A stretch of 64,000 bases of DNA, from contig NC_134025.1 in NCBI RefSeq assembly GCF_964204645.1, positions 1,984,001 through 2,048,000 of the forward strand, given 5' to 3'. Made by a program: the position numbers and the translations under genes. This document shows, piece by piece, positions 40,837 to 53,800 of this stretch. Source of the stretch: Tubulanus polymorphus. Lineage: Eukaryota > Animalia > Nemertea. The stretch's first letter is position 1. Each line of letters starts with the position of its first letter. The notes below the pieces were generated by a model. That model ran no database searches. It was given only the letters and a program-made list of their open reading frames with translations, and had not been told where the DNA came from.

Positions 40837-42932
40837 ATGGAAAGATTTGTATCATTATGCATTCAACGTCTGGGAACACATCTATGTAGAACAAATATTC
40901 ATAGTCAAATACGTCATAAATGTTTGTCAGGAAAAATCAAATCATTGAACGGATATCCAGCGAGGTAAATAGTTCAATAAGGTTCATTACACCCGTTTTA
41001 AACAGTTCATCTCACATCTTAATCCAATCCTCTGCACGCATTTGAACCTGATGGCATGGTCGTTCTTTTGTATAAAAGTACTGACTCTTCAAATAGAACC
41101 AGTGCAGTGTTGCTGTGATTGTTGATAAAGCCTCAGTTTTCTGCTTTCTTATCTGGAAAATTTCCTTTTTCTGTTGATGCTTTATATTCGCAATGGCTGG
41201 GTCCCCCACTTTATGCTTGTTTACTAAAGATGCTGGTACATGTATTTTAAACATCTTCCTGAAATATATATTTATAAAAGCTCAAACCTTAAAGCCATTA
41301 GATTGAATTTCTTTGTGGTAAACATCTGAAGCTCACAAGTGTTTATTTCGACTACACGTTTTGTATGTATTTATTATTCAGATACATTTCAATTTCAAGT
41401 AAACAAAGATATTCAGTTTTTGAGCCCGATGGTATTGTAAGTATTCATCGTTCTTTCGCTCGAGTTCTGTTTAGTTTCCACGCGCTGAGGTACGTCGAAC
41501 GTTTCACATTTTAGGGCGATCCTCCGGAAATCGACGAATACAGCGAATTAAAAATCAGTTTACAGGGTTTTGATTTCGTAGTTTTGGAATCATTCAGTAG
41601 ATACGTCCATAGATTATTGAGGGAATTAGAGTTCAAAAATAATAAGTAAGTATTTCCTATTGAGGGGAATTCATAAAGTACGTAAGCGAAATTGTGCCGA
41701 TTTTCAACCCCAGATTTACACAATTCTAGATCGTAATTTATAAATGGCCCAGTTGATATTCATACGGAAGGTATTTTATGTTTTTGAAGCCTATGAAATC
41801 CTCTCTTTTTCGTTAAGTTTTGCAGTACCTCCGAAATGTACAAAAGTTCAGACGTATGTTCCTAACAGTGATAAACTTGATCAAGAGTTTAATTTATCGA
41901 CGTACGAACGATCATTCATAGTAAGTATTCAGTAGCTAATGTTTACTTCAAATTGTTAGGTATCAGATTATTAATCTGGATTCATTACAATAAAAGTAGT
42001 CACTTTTCTTGAGTAAAAGATGAAGTCACCTTCGCTATATGTATATAATGCTTGATATTGAAGGTTGAAGCGCAGCAAAATCTTGCAAATATAAATCTTA
42101 TCAATGACCTTCGTAGATAACGAATTGCTTCTAAATGCATCGTCATGATTTAATATATCAATATAGAGCTTAGATGACTGATGATGAAATGATGTCACAG
42201 CTTGTCGTTGGTGACTCGGATTTCAACTTATGTAAAGATTATCGATTATTTGGCGACTGTTTTCGAAGTTATCGAAGTGAAGTTAAAATAATTGAAAAAT
42301 TAATGTACTATTAATTTCACTGTACTTACAATTTTTAATCGAAAATGAACTACAAAGCAAACACCAGACAATATACATTTTATCAGCACACTTTCAAAAA
42401 CTGATCGTCCATACTACGCCCTACAATGTTAAATTTCTGACTCTGGCTGCATACAGAAGATGAAACTTGCCTCGCGTGAAATTGTAATGCATGTGATGAT
42501 TATATATTGTTATAGCTTGAAGATGTACCGTGCACGAAACTTCCACTTGCGATTGAAATCATGCAGCAGAATTTACCAGCTGGTGTAGAATTATCCATTA
42601 AATGGGTAAGTTATTCAACTATCGCCGAATATGTAGACAGATCAACAAGGCTTGTTCCACTCTTTGTTTATGTGTAAAACATTGATTTCTGATTCATTGA
42701 TTGAATTTTATATTATATAAATCCAGTTGCGTGTTATATCATCATATATTATTAACTTTTCATCGAAACACGTTTTTCTTTCTAAAAGTACTTTTGTTTT
42801 TAATCCGTTGATTTATTTCAGCCCGATGTCATGGAAGAGGAATTCCGATATATTCCTGACAAAGAAATCCTCGATCTTCAAGAACAACTGGCTGAAATTG
42901 ATCAAATTCGAGAAGACCGGAAAAAGAAATGA
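40837..42932 (+). CDS. MRPL48: 39S mitochondrial ribosomal protein L48 (mL48, S10-like fold), about 205 aa, 6 coding exons
   Basis: Exons 40837-40964, 41382-41436, 41515-41645, 41818-41920, 42516-42605, 42822-42932 (618 nt, GT-AG). The spliced protein contains YSELKISLQGFDFVVLESFSRYVHRL, FAVPPK...LSTYERSF, LAIEIMQQNLPAGVELSIK and EEEFRYIPDKEI, which match mL48 from recall. The acceptor at 40815 implies an upstream exon; a candidate donor lies at 40221. Confidence 0.85.
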
Positions 42933-44579
42933 TCGTGCATTTTATCTGAAATATCAATAATTATCAATACTGTTGTCATATTAGTTTTAAATAGGATTTG
43001 AAAAATGCAGTTTTTCAGACGACAATCTTTTTAATTTTTTTTCTTCTGGCTTCTAGAAGAGTTGAAATTATGGCAGATTTCGATTGAACGTATTCTGGTT
43101 TAGGAAAAGCAAATCTGGATTACAAAATCTCCATTGTCAGGATTACAGATAATGGTATTCCGGAAGAGTTAGAGCGTATACCGCCAGACGATCATTTCAG
43201 TGAATCTGTAGAGACCAAACGGAACCTGCATTATAGAATTGGTGTATCGAATATTTCACTATACATGTACATTGATTGTTGAAATTTCGGAGATCAGATT
43301 TTCAGGTGGATCTAGAGTATTAGCGGGGTGTGGACCCCTGCCTTCTCATCGAGGTTGTCCTTTTTATAAAGTCTGCAGCCGCTTTCCTCAGTTATAATGT
43401 TAGTCTCCACAGGAATCTGTGTTAATGCGCAACTGCAGCAAGTGATAAATTGATTTCAATCGTAAAACTTTACTGTGAGGAATGTTGATGAATAATTTGA
43501 TCGCTTACATTTCAACATCGAGAAAAATGATCCACAGACTTAAATATCTTCATTGAATCCTGTGCGGAATACATGAACAAATCCTTCCCAATTATTAGAC
43601 GTCGAAATTCCAGATAAAGAACAAAAAGAAGCCGTTCAGATGTTTTACACGTAAAGATTCTTTGATTCTTTTTAAATTAATATAAATATACAAACGATTG
43701 TTTTTTAAATTAAGTGTTCGGAACTACACATTTATATATACACACACCAGTCTGCAATAATTACGTATTTAGCGAAAATCATTCATCAAAAAGCTTTCGA
43801 CGACGACGACGACGACTGAATTAAACTTCATCAATCACATCGATAGTAATAACCATCATTAACCGTGTCCTAATATTCAGTAAACTAGCACAATTCGTGT
43901 ATGAATACAACCCTTTACTGAACTTAGTAAAACAATGAAGAAATCAACAACACGAATCCATGAATTCTGATTTCAACGAAGCTCCATTATTTCAAATGCC
44001 TGGAATACCCCCTAACACCCCAACACACACACATAAGCCCGATCGTCTTCACAGAGGTCGTCTCTGACCCATTGTTAATCGTAGTTCAGTTCTATCGCAC
44101 ACGTGTATCATTTAGAATGTTCTCTTGGGTATTTCTTCATTTTTATGAAAACACCAGCCGGTAAATGCAAGATATCACTTAAATCACTCGAAATAGCAAG
44201 ATTCAAACTGAAAATGAAAAGATATTCTACGTTAGTAACTAAATAGATGTATTCAATACGGATCATCTTTATTCATAGCTGGGTTTGCATGATGATGTAT
44301 TTTTTAAAAAGCTGACATTGTGTTGACATTTAGGTTAGTATTTATCCTCCCAACTTTCAATGGAGGCAGTTGAAATTGGGTAATTATCACACGGGATCCT
44401 GTATTCAATTGATCATTCAACAGTATATAAATTACTCGCTAAATACCGGATAAAAAGTATCTGTATCTGCTCGTGAAAAAAAAACAGATTGCGGAAAAAA
44501 CTGAACCTAAACCGCGCGTGTATGCTTAACACCTACCAGGAAATAACGTTGGGGTTTTTAACTCCAAATCGAATTTCTT

Positions 44580-47500
44580 TCAAGGAAATGTTCGTTCGGC
44601 AGCTGTAAAACAGAGAAAAAAATATATCCGTTATTCACATGTTCTTCACATTCAAGTCAAAGCGTTTTTAGCAAATGTGCTATTTTCAAAAAGCAGCGAT
44701 TAGAAAATCAGCATTTTCAATGTGAAACAATATATAAACTAACCGCCACACGTTTCCAATTGTAATTCATCGATCAAAGCTGGTAATTTATCCGTATCAT
44801 TCACTCGAAATACGAACTGTCGCGTTGAAGCTATATTGTTGAGTTCTTCATTGCTCACTTCGTCTCCGATACCGACTGCGAACAGTTTTATACCGACTTG
44901 TTTCGTAAATCTCGCCTGTTTCCTCGTGTACGCTCGGTTTTGTGATTTACCATCTGTTATTACGATTCCTATTTTCGGCATTTTACCATCCCGAGCTCCA
45001 TTCGCTTCTCTGAAACTGTATCGTCTGGCAATTCGTAACGCATCGCCGATATTCGTGTCGCCTCCAGACTGTTCGATTCTGGAAATCGCTGCAACTGCTC
45101 CATTCTCGTCAGCGATGTATGAATCCAAATTGAACTGCACTCGGGCATAGGTTCCGAACGTCAGCACAGCAACTCGGGTTCCACCCGATCCTATTTTGAA
45201 TTTTTTCACTAGTTTCTTCAGGAAGTCCAACTGTTTGGTGAAATCCTTCGGCCAAATACTGCTCGATGCGTCTAACATAACTACAACATCGGCGTGTGGT
45301 GTATCGCACTTCCTATGAGCTGAAAATACATAACAATTTAAACCCGAGATCTTTTTACAGAACGATGTTATCAATTCTGAAAATATTCACACGAGTTTCT
45401 TACCAGCTGCGTGATCAGGTTCATCATCTAAAATCATATAAAACAATGCGACGTTAGATACGAGCTGATCAGTCTATATATAGATTCATAACGTATTGAG
45501 ATCTGAATGTTACCTCGGCAAGTTATCTGCGAAAGTCTTGCTTTTAATTGAGGCAGATCCGAGAATCTCGACACTGTGAATACGTTCTCTCCCAGAGGCC
45601 AAGAAGCGATCGAATCTAATTCTATTTTGTCGACTTTTGGACCGATTCCGACTGTCATCACGGTCACTCCGTTCTTCCTCAGTTTACGCGCTTCCAGAGC
45701 CGTTTCCGAACGATCTGCTGATTTTCCGTCAGTGAAAATGACGACAATCTTTTCGGCGTCTTTTCGCTGGTTTCCCTCCTCACCAAACCCCCTTGAATCT
45801 ATAAATCTAAGCGCACGTGCTGTATTTGTGTTGCCTCGGATTTTCGTGATATTTTTTAACGCTGTTTGTACGTCAGACTTGTGTTGATATTGTTGCAGCG
45901 ATATCGCCGATCGAGCCCATGTACTAAATGTGACTACACCTATTCTCGTTTTGGTTGGAGCTATTCTAAATTCATTGACGACACTCTTCACGAAATCGAC
46001 CATTTTGCTAAAGTCTCCCACGTGAATACTATTTGAAGAATCGAGCGCGAATATAACATCAGTTGGTTTTGTTTTGCACGCTGGAATCAAACAATTCATT
46101 ATTGATACGATGAGTTTAGAAAACATAACGACGCACATGAGAATGAAATACGTTAATCGCAAATCAACTTAGGTTTAGAACATGGTAAATCATATAAGAT
46201 TAAAACCCACTGTATACAAATCAAAAGGTTAAAACGAAATCTATCAATCAAGAGATACAATGAAAAAAAGACATGAGGAATCGAGTAAATTTGTAGAACA
46301 CCCCAGGGATTTAATCAAGTATCAGTAAATTGTTCACACCTGTAGATAGCTTCTAGAAAGAGTCCGAAATAAATTTTGATTTAATTCTCGATTGATAGAT
46401 TTTGTTTTGATCTCTAAATTTGTATAATCTATTTTCCACTTCTGAGTACGCGGGCTAGTAGTTTCGATTGCTATAGGATGTGATTAAAAGCATGTGTTGA
46501 ACACTTACTGATGTTACTATCATCATTGACGTAAGTCGGAACTGTCGTCATAGGTCGATCTGTTCCCGTTGGAGAAACTGAAATTTTAATGTTAGATTAC
46601 AAATACCGATTACTAACAGACCACTTTATTCCGTTATATCCGTTCTTTATTATTATTCCGCTTAGCATTAGATTTTATCTCTAGCACAAGACTTCATGAA
46701 AGGAAGCTACATGGCTTCATCAGAAAAGCATCCACTTTTTTCAACTTGACCTGTTATTTTCATACAGTTCTCACATGGTAAATCAACATCGATTCTTTTG
46801 AACGATTGAAATCTAGGATACGATTTTGTCATCTATCCAAACTTATATGTAATCGCATTTTGGCATCGAACCAAAGACAACAATTATTGAAAGCAATCAA
46901 GGCATTCTGTAATCTAGAAATAACTTCCAGCAACAAACATTGAATCGGTGAGAAATGACTTAAAGAGCATCACACCTCTGATCTGAAACTATTTCTGGGT
47001 GAATGAATTGGGTAAATGATTCGATGCCAACCAATCAACATTTTTGATCAGATAACTTTAAAGAAGATAATTGCCATTAAAAAAGAAAAACAAAGAAGCT
47101 ACTTCTTACCAGCGCACGATTTGTATCCAAGTTCTTGTTGGATTTGATCAAGTTTCTGGAAATCATTGACCATGAATACGTATGACTTTGATCTAGCGAT
47201 GTTTCTCAATTCACTGATTTCCACGTATTTTCCGACACCGACTGCGAATACGACTATTCCCGCTTTCTTCGCCCTAAGAGCTTCGGTCTTAGTCCACGAC
47301 GGTTCCTGCGAGTTGCCATCAGTGATAACTATAGCTACTTTCGGGATATTTTTACGGGCCTTTCCAGGCGCCAATACCCGCGTGCGCGCTAGTTTCAATG
47401 CATCAGAGGTATTGGTATGACCAGTTCTCTGTTTTATCCTGCCCAATGCTTTAATTACGTCGTCACGAGTCGAATATTTGGCCAAGTCGAAGTGTAATTT

Positions 47501-49063
47501 AGCATCTGTACTAAATGTTATAACTGAAACTCTTTTTGCTTCGGGCCCGACTTGCATGTTCTGGATCATATGTTTGACGAAATCCACCTGTCTGGTGAAG
47601 TTTGCCGCTAATATGCTCGTCGATTCATCCAGAATGAACACGATATCTGCCTGGCGACATATTTCTTCCCGATTGCTCCGACCGTTGGCAACCTAGTGAA
47701 TGAAAATCTGGTTTACTCGAAATGTTTGGTAAAGTTCGTACTACTATTCTAACTATTCTGTAATGGTATTTCATTTTTAAACGAATAAAGCATGTTAAAT
47801 TACTAATGGATATATAATCGTCTAAATTTCAATACTTTTTTTGTTTCGTACGATGTTGGATGTGTTTTTAATGGTGTAATTGGTTATCAAGTCGCTACTC
47901 CGCTCATGTCTAGACGGGCGAGCACTCGCCTCCTGTTCACTCATCAGTAAATCTTAGACACCGCATAATATATAAGGTTATGCACTCTTATTTGTTCATT
48001 ATCAAAACAGAAAACAAGAGAATCAGATCTTACAACCTTTTTTTAGAAACATTACGACTAGTGATAATGATAGCGCGTTATTCGAAATATATAAATCTCA
48101 ATAAATCTTTTTTTCGAAATTACTTCTCATCGGGAATAGAACCACTTTCACGCAGTAAACCTTCAAAATTTGAAGAAAAGTCATATCTATGATATTCTTG
48201 ACAATTTGGAATGATGAGTTCAACTATTGAAAGCTATGGATGCCGCCATGCGTCAATGAAATATGTTACTGTCATCGCAAGTGTTGCCTCGGTCAATATT
48301 AGTTGCTGATGCGTTACGTGTTGGGCACATATTGTACTTCTGACAACAGATTGACGAGCTTCAAGCGAACTCAAAATCATTTACATCAAAATTCAGGAAT
48401 TAAACCAAAAGAAAAAAACTTGCTCTGCATATCACGTCCAATAGAAATATAAACCACAATTATCAAATATAGAATATAGAATCCGAAAAGTTTTCATGAG
48501 CTGATATTTCATTCGACGTTTCGACTTAATCCTCATGATTGATATATTCTACGATTTGGTATCTTCAGGAATACCAAAATAGTAGAAAATTAGTTCAATG
48601 AAACTTTTCGAACTACATTTTTTCTTTTGTTTTGATTTGATGTATGTTACAACACTGACTAAAAGTTCCATCAGGATTATTAACAAATATTATATACTAA
48701 TTTGATCCGATGATTCGAGTCTTCCCTACTAGTCTCATCTTCAAGGAAACGGAATCACATCTGTTACGAAATTATTGACTATTCTAGATAATAAATCGAA
48801 GACAAATCCTGATTTTATGGTTTTGTTATTTGAAATTAATAGAATCGAAATTACACGAAAACGAACACGATTTCAACACATGTCGCATTAGAGCTCGCAA
48901 AAAACTAATAAAACCAAACTGGTGAAAACGTAAAATAAATCGTAACAAAAACATAAACCGATCATTTCAAGAAATCAGTTATAATCAGTCGAATTTCACT
49001 TACCCCAACTGTGACCAGAATCAGAACGATAAAACTGGTGAAAGTCATTTCGACGCTTTTCAT
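44580..49063 (-). CDS. secreted protein with three VWA domains (matrilin/collagen VI-like VWA), about 633 aa, 7 coding exons
   Basis: Exons (minus): 49063-49004 (signal peptide MKSVEMTFTSFIVLILVTVG), 47692-47110 (VWA1, DESTS), 46577-46509 (Thr/Pro linker), 46080-45514 (VWA2, DSSNS), 45427-45404 (24-nt microexon), 45319-44744 (VWA3, DASSS), 44602-44580 (stop); 1902 nt in frame. TDG motifs in all three domains; no collagen, EGF or transmembrane segment. Confidence 0.9.
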
Positions 49064-49108
49064 CTTGTTAAACTGTTGAGAAGTTTGAATCGACGAAGCG
49101 CGCACCTC

Positions 49109-49179
49109 TATTTATACCGTTTTGAAGCCGGAAATTCCTCCACTTTAGGAGGATAGTACTCCCTATCACAATGACGTCA
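49109..49179 (-). promoter_or_regulatory. VWA gene promoter: TATA box plus CRE
   Basis: Minus-strand TATAAATA at 49116-49109, about 45 nt upstream of the ATG; perfect palindromic TGACGTCA at 49172-49179. Confidence 0.6.
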
Positions 49180-50654
49180 CGGGTACTGCACCCACACATA
49201 GCTTTACAATGAACGACCATGATGTAATGCGTGTTCCTGCAATCAACACTCGTCGAAAACCATTACTTCAATTATATCCGTTTTGTGTCATACTTTTTTC
49301 TGCGTCTGTTCGAAGCCCATAAATGGCAGCGATTTTATTGTCCTAATTCAAACTATCAAAACAACATTTCTGAATACAAACTAAAACATCGATTTTAATA
49401 TTAACAGGAAACGAAAAAATATAGCAATTGGAAAATGCGTTATTTGGCTTCCTCTTTATCTGGATGTTTATTGTTATGTGTTTTGAGGATATTTTGTAAA
49501 CAAAGATAAAATAATCGTTGTGTATGTTTAAAAGTATATACAAAAACTCGAATGAACTTCTAACTGGTTTAAAATGCGTTTATAGTTAAACCAAAGAAGT
49601 CGCTAGAAAAATAGCTGACATACTAAAATACTTACTCACACAACTTGGACAATTTCTTTTTTAAAGTAAAAGGGCATCTATGTGCGTCGTAACGATTTCC
49701 CGCGGTAGCTAGCGCGCTCTGCGTTCATTAGAACATTCGAGAATCAGTGAGGAACACAGATAGCGACCTAATCTCATCTCTCCCGATAATAGGATCTTAA
49801 TCATTATCTCGAATTCAAACACAATTCATCGGGACCCGGTTCTAACTGGATCTAAAAGATTAGAGTTAGAACATTGAAAAATGTAGTCATCTCGAAGTTA
49901 ACTCGAAACATTGCAAATGAACTCAGAGCCAACTCTTAACTCACGGATTCTTCGTAAAACACTCTTTTTGGAGGAATTATTTTATGATTATTCATCTGAC
50001 AAAACAGACGTTCATTAAGTGTAGAATGTAGGCCGTCACGAACCCCAGTGATGATTCACGAATGGAATTTTAATTGACGTCAAAGATTGATCGCACGAGG
50101 TTTAGATTCCAGAATTTTTAAATTCAAGCAATCAACTAATGCGAAACAATATTTCTTGTTTTTGTGTTATTTTTTCGAAATTCCTAACCTCATTTGTGCG
50201 AAAAAATAGAACTATTACATAACTATTACATGACATTTAGACTGAAGCAGTGACAAATCGATATCATATGAAACCGTAAAGGTCAATAATCGTGTAAAAC
50301 GTATAATTGAAATTGTTCTTCAAAAGTAAGAATAGAGAATTTAGAAGTGCGTATCTTCACTCATAAATCTCTTCATTTCAAATCCACTTTAAAATGATTT
50401 TCCGCGCATATGTAACATGTATCTGTCGCAGAGACAGTCAGAGAGAGAGGGAACGCTTCGATCAGCTAAAATTTTAATCGATGATGTTTAACCAACAATC
50501 GGAAGGTAATTAAGAACAATGGTGTTCGCCTTCTGTTGTCCGTCCATTAACAATAGACTGATGAAACGAGTTGCAACCAGTGACAAAAACAGCTTGTCAG
50601 TACTGCGACATGTCATGAATTCAAACCGTGATTTCTCAGTTAAAATCCATTTGA

Positions 50655-50730
50655 CCAATCACCGATCTGACACCCTTCAAACCTCAAATATCACATCTTG
50701 TAAGTTTCATAACGAGGCGAGGGTATAAAA
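50655..50730 (+). promoter_or_regulatory. mucin-like gene promoter: CCAAT plus TATA
   Basis: CCAAT at 50655 and TATAAAA at 50724-50730, about 170 nt upstream of the ATG at 50895; a second perfect CRE, TGACGTCA, at 50075-50082. Confidence 0.6.
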
Positions 50731-50894
50731 AGCCCTTGCGCGACTTTCAGAAGCGTTTTACCTCGGCCAACCGAGCGGGCAACGTTTCATTAAAACCCTC
50801 GGAAGAAAGGATAATTCTAATATTCTCTCACAAGTCGGAAGTAATCGAAAAAAAGAGAAGAACTTGAAAGCATATTTTTATCCGCAAGGCAGCG

Positions 50895-53800
50895 ATGAGT
50901 GGGTCTTTAAACCACCATCTTCTAGGACTGGTTTTATGGATAATTGTGACCCTGCAATCGACTAGTGCTCAGTAAGTAAATTCATTTAAATTCATTGAAA
51001 AAATGACGTATTTAAAAGTCGTGAAAACTTATCAAAGTTGTACGACTTTTTATCTTAATCAAAAACCATACTATTGCACTATGAGAACGTTTAGAATATG
51101 TTATTGTTCATGGACTTTCTGGATTATTTGATATGAAATTGGAAATTATTACCTGATGCAACATTTCTATTCCGAATGAATTAAAAATACATTTTTTAAA
51201 CTAACCAGTGGTGGTGATGATATATTGAATAAGTGAAACAGAAAGTATATGAGAATTCAAAATCGCAAACGTAAGAATAATGATACATCCAGTATGGCGG
51301 CATCCTGATGACAATTAAAGTCTTGTCGCTCCCAGAAACAATTTAATGTAAATTAATTTTCTATTTATGATTATCTTTTTGAAAAATGAAATAATTTCTA
51401 TTCATGTTTGTCAGCTGTAGTCTTATTCCCGTGAAAATGAACAAACATTCGTACGATAAGAACGTGTATTTTCTGTTGTGATTTTGAGAAAGATTTTGAA
51501 CAAAAGATTTAATCGACGCGTCATTATAACATAATGAGAATGAAAAATGATGTGTGCAATTCATTACAGCAGTTTCAACTGCACCGGCTTGCGTAAGCGC
51601 TGTATCCATCATAGACTACTTTCATTACAGAGATATCTTTCTTGTCTGGTAAATATACAGGTCCAATAAGCCCCGTTCACGTTATTTCTATTCACAAACA
51701 CAGACATGGTCCACTCTAAAATTTATAATCGACAATTTAGGTCTGCCAAATTGGTCCGTTACAAATAAGAACAGAATTCGTTAGTGTGATCGCTTCGTCC
51801 GTTCTAAATTGGATCGCACTGAATTTAGAACGTTTCAAATAACGCAGTTTGGACGCGGCTAATATCTCATTTATATTTGTACCCATTTCAAGAATTTTTC
51901 ACCAATCTTGAAATTGATTGAGCGAACAATCACGGATTATAACTATATATATATATATATATGTATTTATTTTTTCATTATAAAGGACCCAACACAGATG
52001 TAATGTAACCAAAATCGAACGAACAGAAAAGCGAGTAAAATGCTCAGAATATCTAACGCAGACGATAAGCGGTTACGATTTGGACCAAGATGCCACGGTT
52101 GGATTACAAGGTCTCACTAACCAAGAATTACAGTCTAAGATTGCTGAATGGATTGAACATAAAGACGATCCAAATATGCCAATGTGCATCTTTGCCAGGT
52201 AAACTCAAATGCTGCATCTTTTTATAATCTATAAGTAAATCCCACTTCTCGTTGAATTACATGTTTATTACGCTTGAATTGCTGTTCACTATCAGGACAC
52301 AAATGTTTCTTTCTTCAGAAAACAGCCAATAGTGACAGAAGAATGCTGTTTGGGCTACACAGGAACCAACTGTGACATCCGTAAGTTGGACTGAATATGA
52401 ATGAAAATGACATGAATTAATCGATTTCTATATTGTATCATTATATTTCTTTGATAATTTTAGCAAAATGTGATAAAGACTGTCTAAACGGCGGAACGTG
52501 TTTATCTCTGGTTGAAGGATGCAAGTGTCCTACCGGATTTGATGGTCGCGCATGTGAAGATGACCTCTCTTGTAAGGATTAGAAAACTTTATCTACTACA
52601 GAAATAAAGGTTTCATATACATTACATATTTTCATTGTATTTTAGTAATCACGTCAACCAAGAAATTCTGTTATAAAGGACACAAATGCAATTTCGGTCG
52701 AGCTAAAGGTTTCGAAGTGAATGTTACCGAATACTCAGACTGTTGTCAAAATGGAGGTGTATCTTGGGGCCAGTCTGGAGATTGTCAGCTATGCTCAGAT
52801 AGCAGCAACCAAACAGGAGGTATATCAAATCAATCAATTTTTCAACAACATTCGATCAACAATTATTTTTTGGAAGACGTGAATTTATAAAGCACGATAC
52901 GCAAAATATCTTCGTACGAAATATCTATCTTTTGTATTAAAACGTTTTTGTACGTATGAATGTTACAGTGATTGAAAAGATTAAAAAGCTGAATTTCGCA
53001 ACCTGTGCCAGTTATGGAAAAACTAACTACAGATCCTTTGACGGACTTACATACCAATTCGGCGGTAACTGCAAATACACAATGGTAGCACCTCCGAATG
53101 ATCTATGGTATTGTAAAATGAGGTTGAAGGATGCTGAACACGCGTCCAGATTGACAAAGGTAAAATAATCAGGTTTTCGTTACGTTATCTGAATATCGAA
53201 GGAAAATCATTAATACAATTATCAATAATCGCAGGAAATCGAATGCAAATTTGATGAAGTTAACATTTGGGTTATGCAAGAAGACAGTATAAAATATGGA
53301 CCGAGTAGAAACAATCTTCAATCCGTAACTGGAATCACCATAACGAACGGTTTTGCCGAAAGTGGAGTTATCATAGAAAAACTCGGTGATTTCTACCGTT
53401 TGGAAAGTGAGATCAGAGGTATAAGAATCAAGTGGACCAAAGATACTGCATATTTCACTGTAGAAAAGGGAATTCACCACGAAGGGAACTTGAAGGGTCT
53501 TTGCGGTGATTATAACAGCAATCCGTCAGATGATATGGCTGGGTTCAGTAACCCCGCTCAGTTCGGTAATAGTTATAAGGAGCCAGGTGTAAGTATATTA
53601 ATTATTGATTCCATGTTCACATAATAGAATAAACATTTACAACGATACCGATTGATGTTTTAGTGTTTGAATGCTGGTACAGTTGGTTTTACTTGCGAAT
53701 CGGATGCCGATGAAAGGGAAGCGGAAATGAAATGTTTACCGATCAAAACTAAGATATTTTCTGCTTGTCAGTCAGCCGTGAGTAACCATAATTATCCAAC

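Noticed and set aside
42175-42500. C/D-box snoRNA in MRPL48 intron
   Set aside because: TGATGA motifs are present but I found no suitably spaced CTGA with a terminal stem.
44589-44600. Partial match to miR-375 (TGTTCGTTCGGC)
   Set aside because: Only 12 nt, antisense to a coding exon, no precursor hairpin. No other conserved miRNA was recognised by eye.
44836-47696. Plus-strand ORFs overlapping the VWA exons
   Set aside because: Antisense shadows of the minus-strand VWA coding exons.
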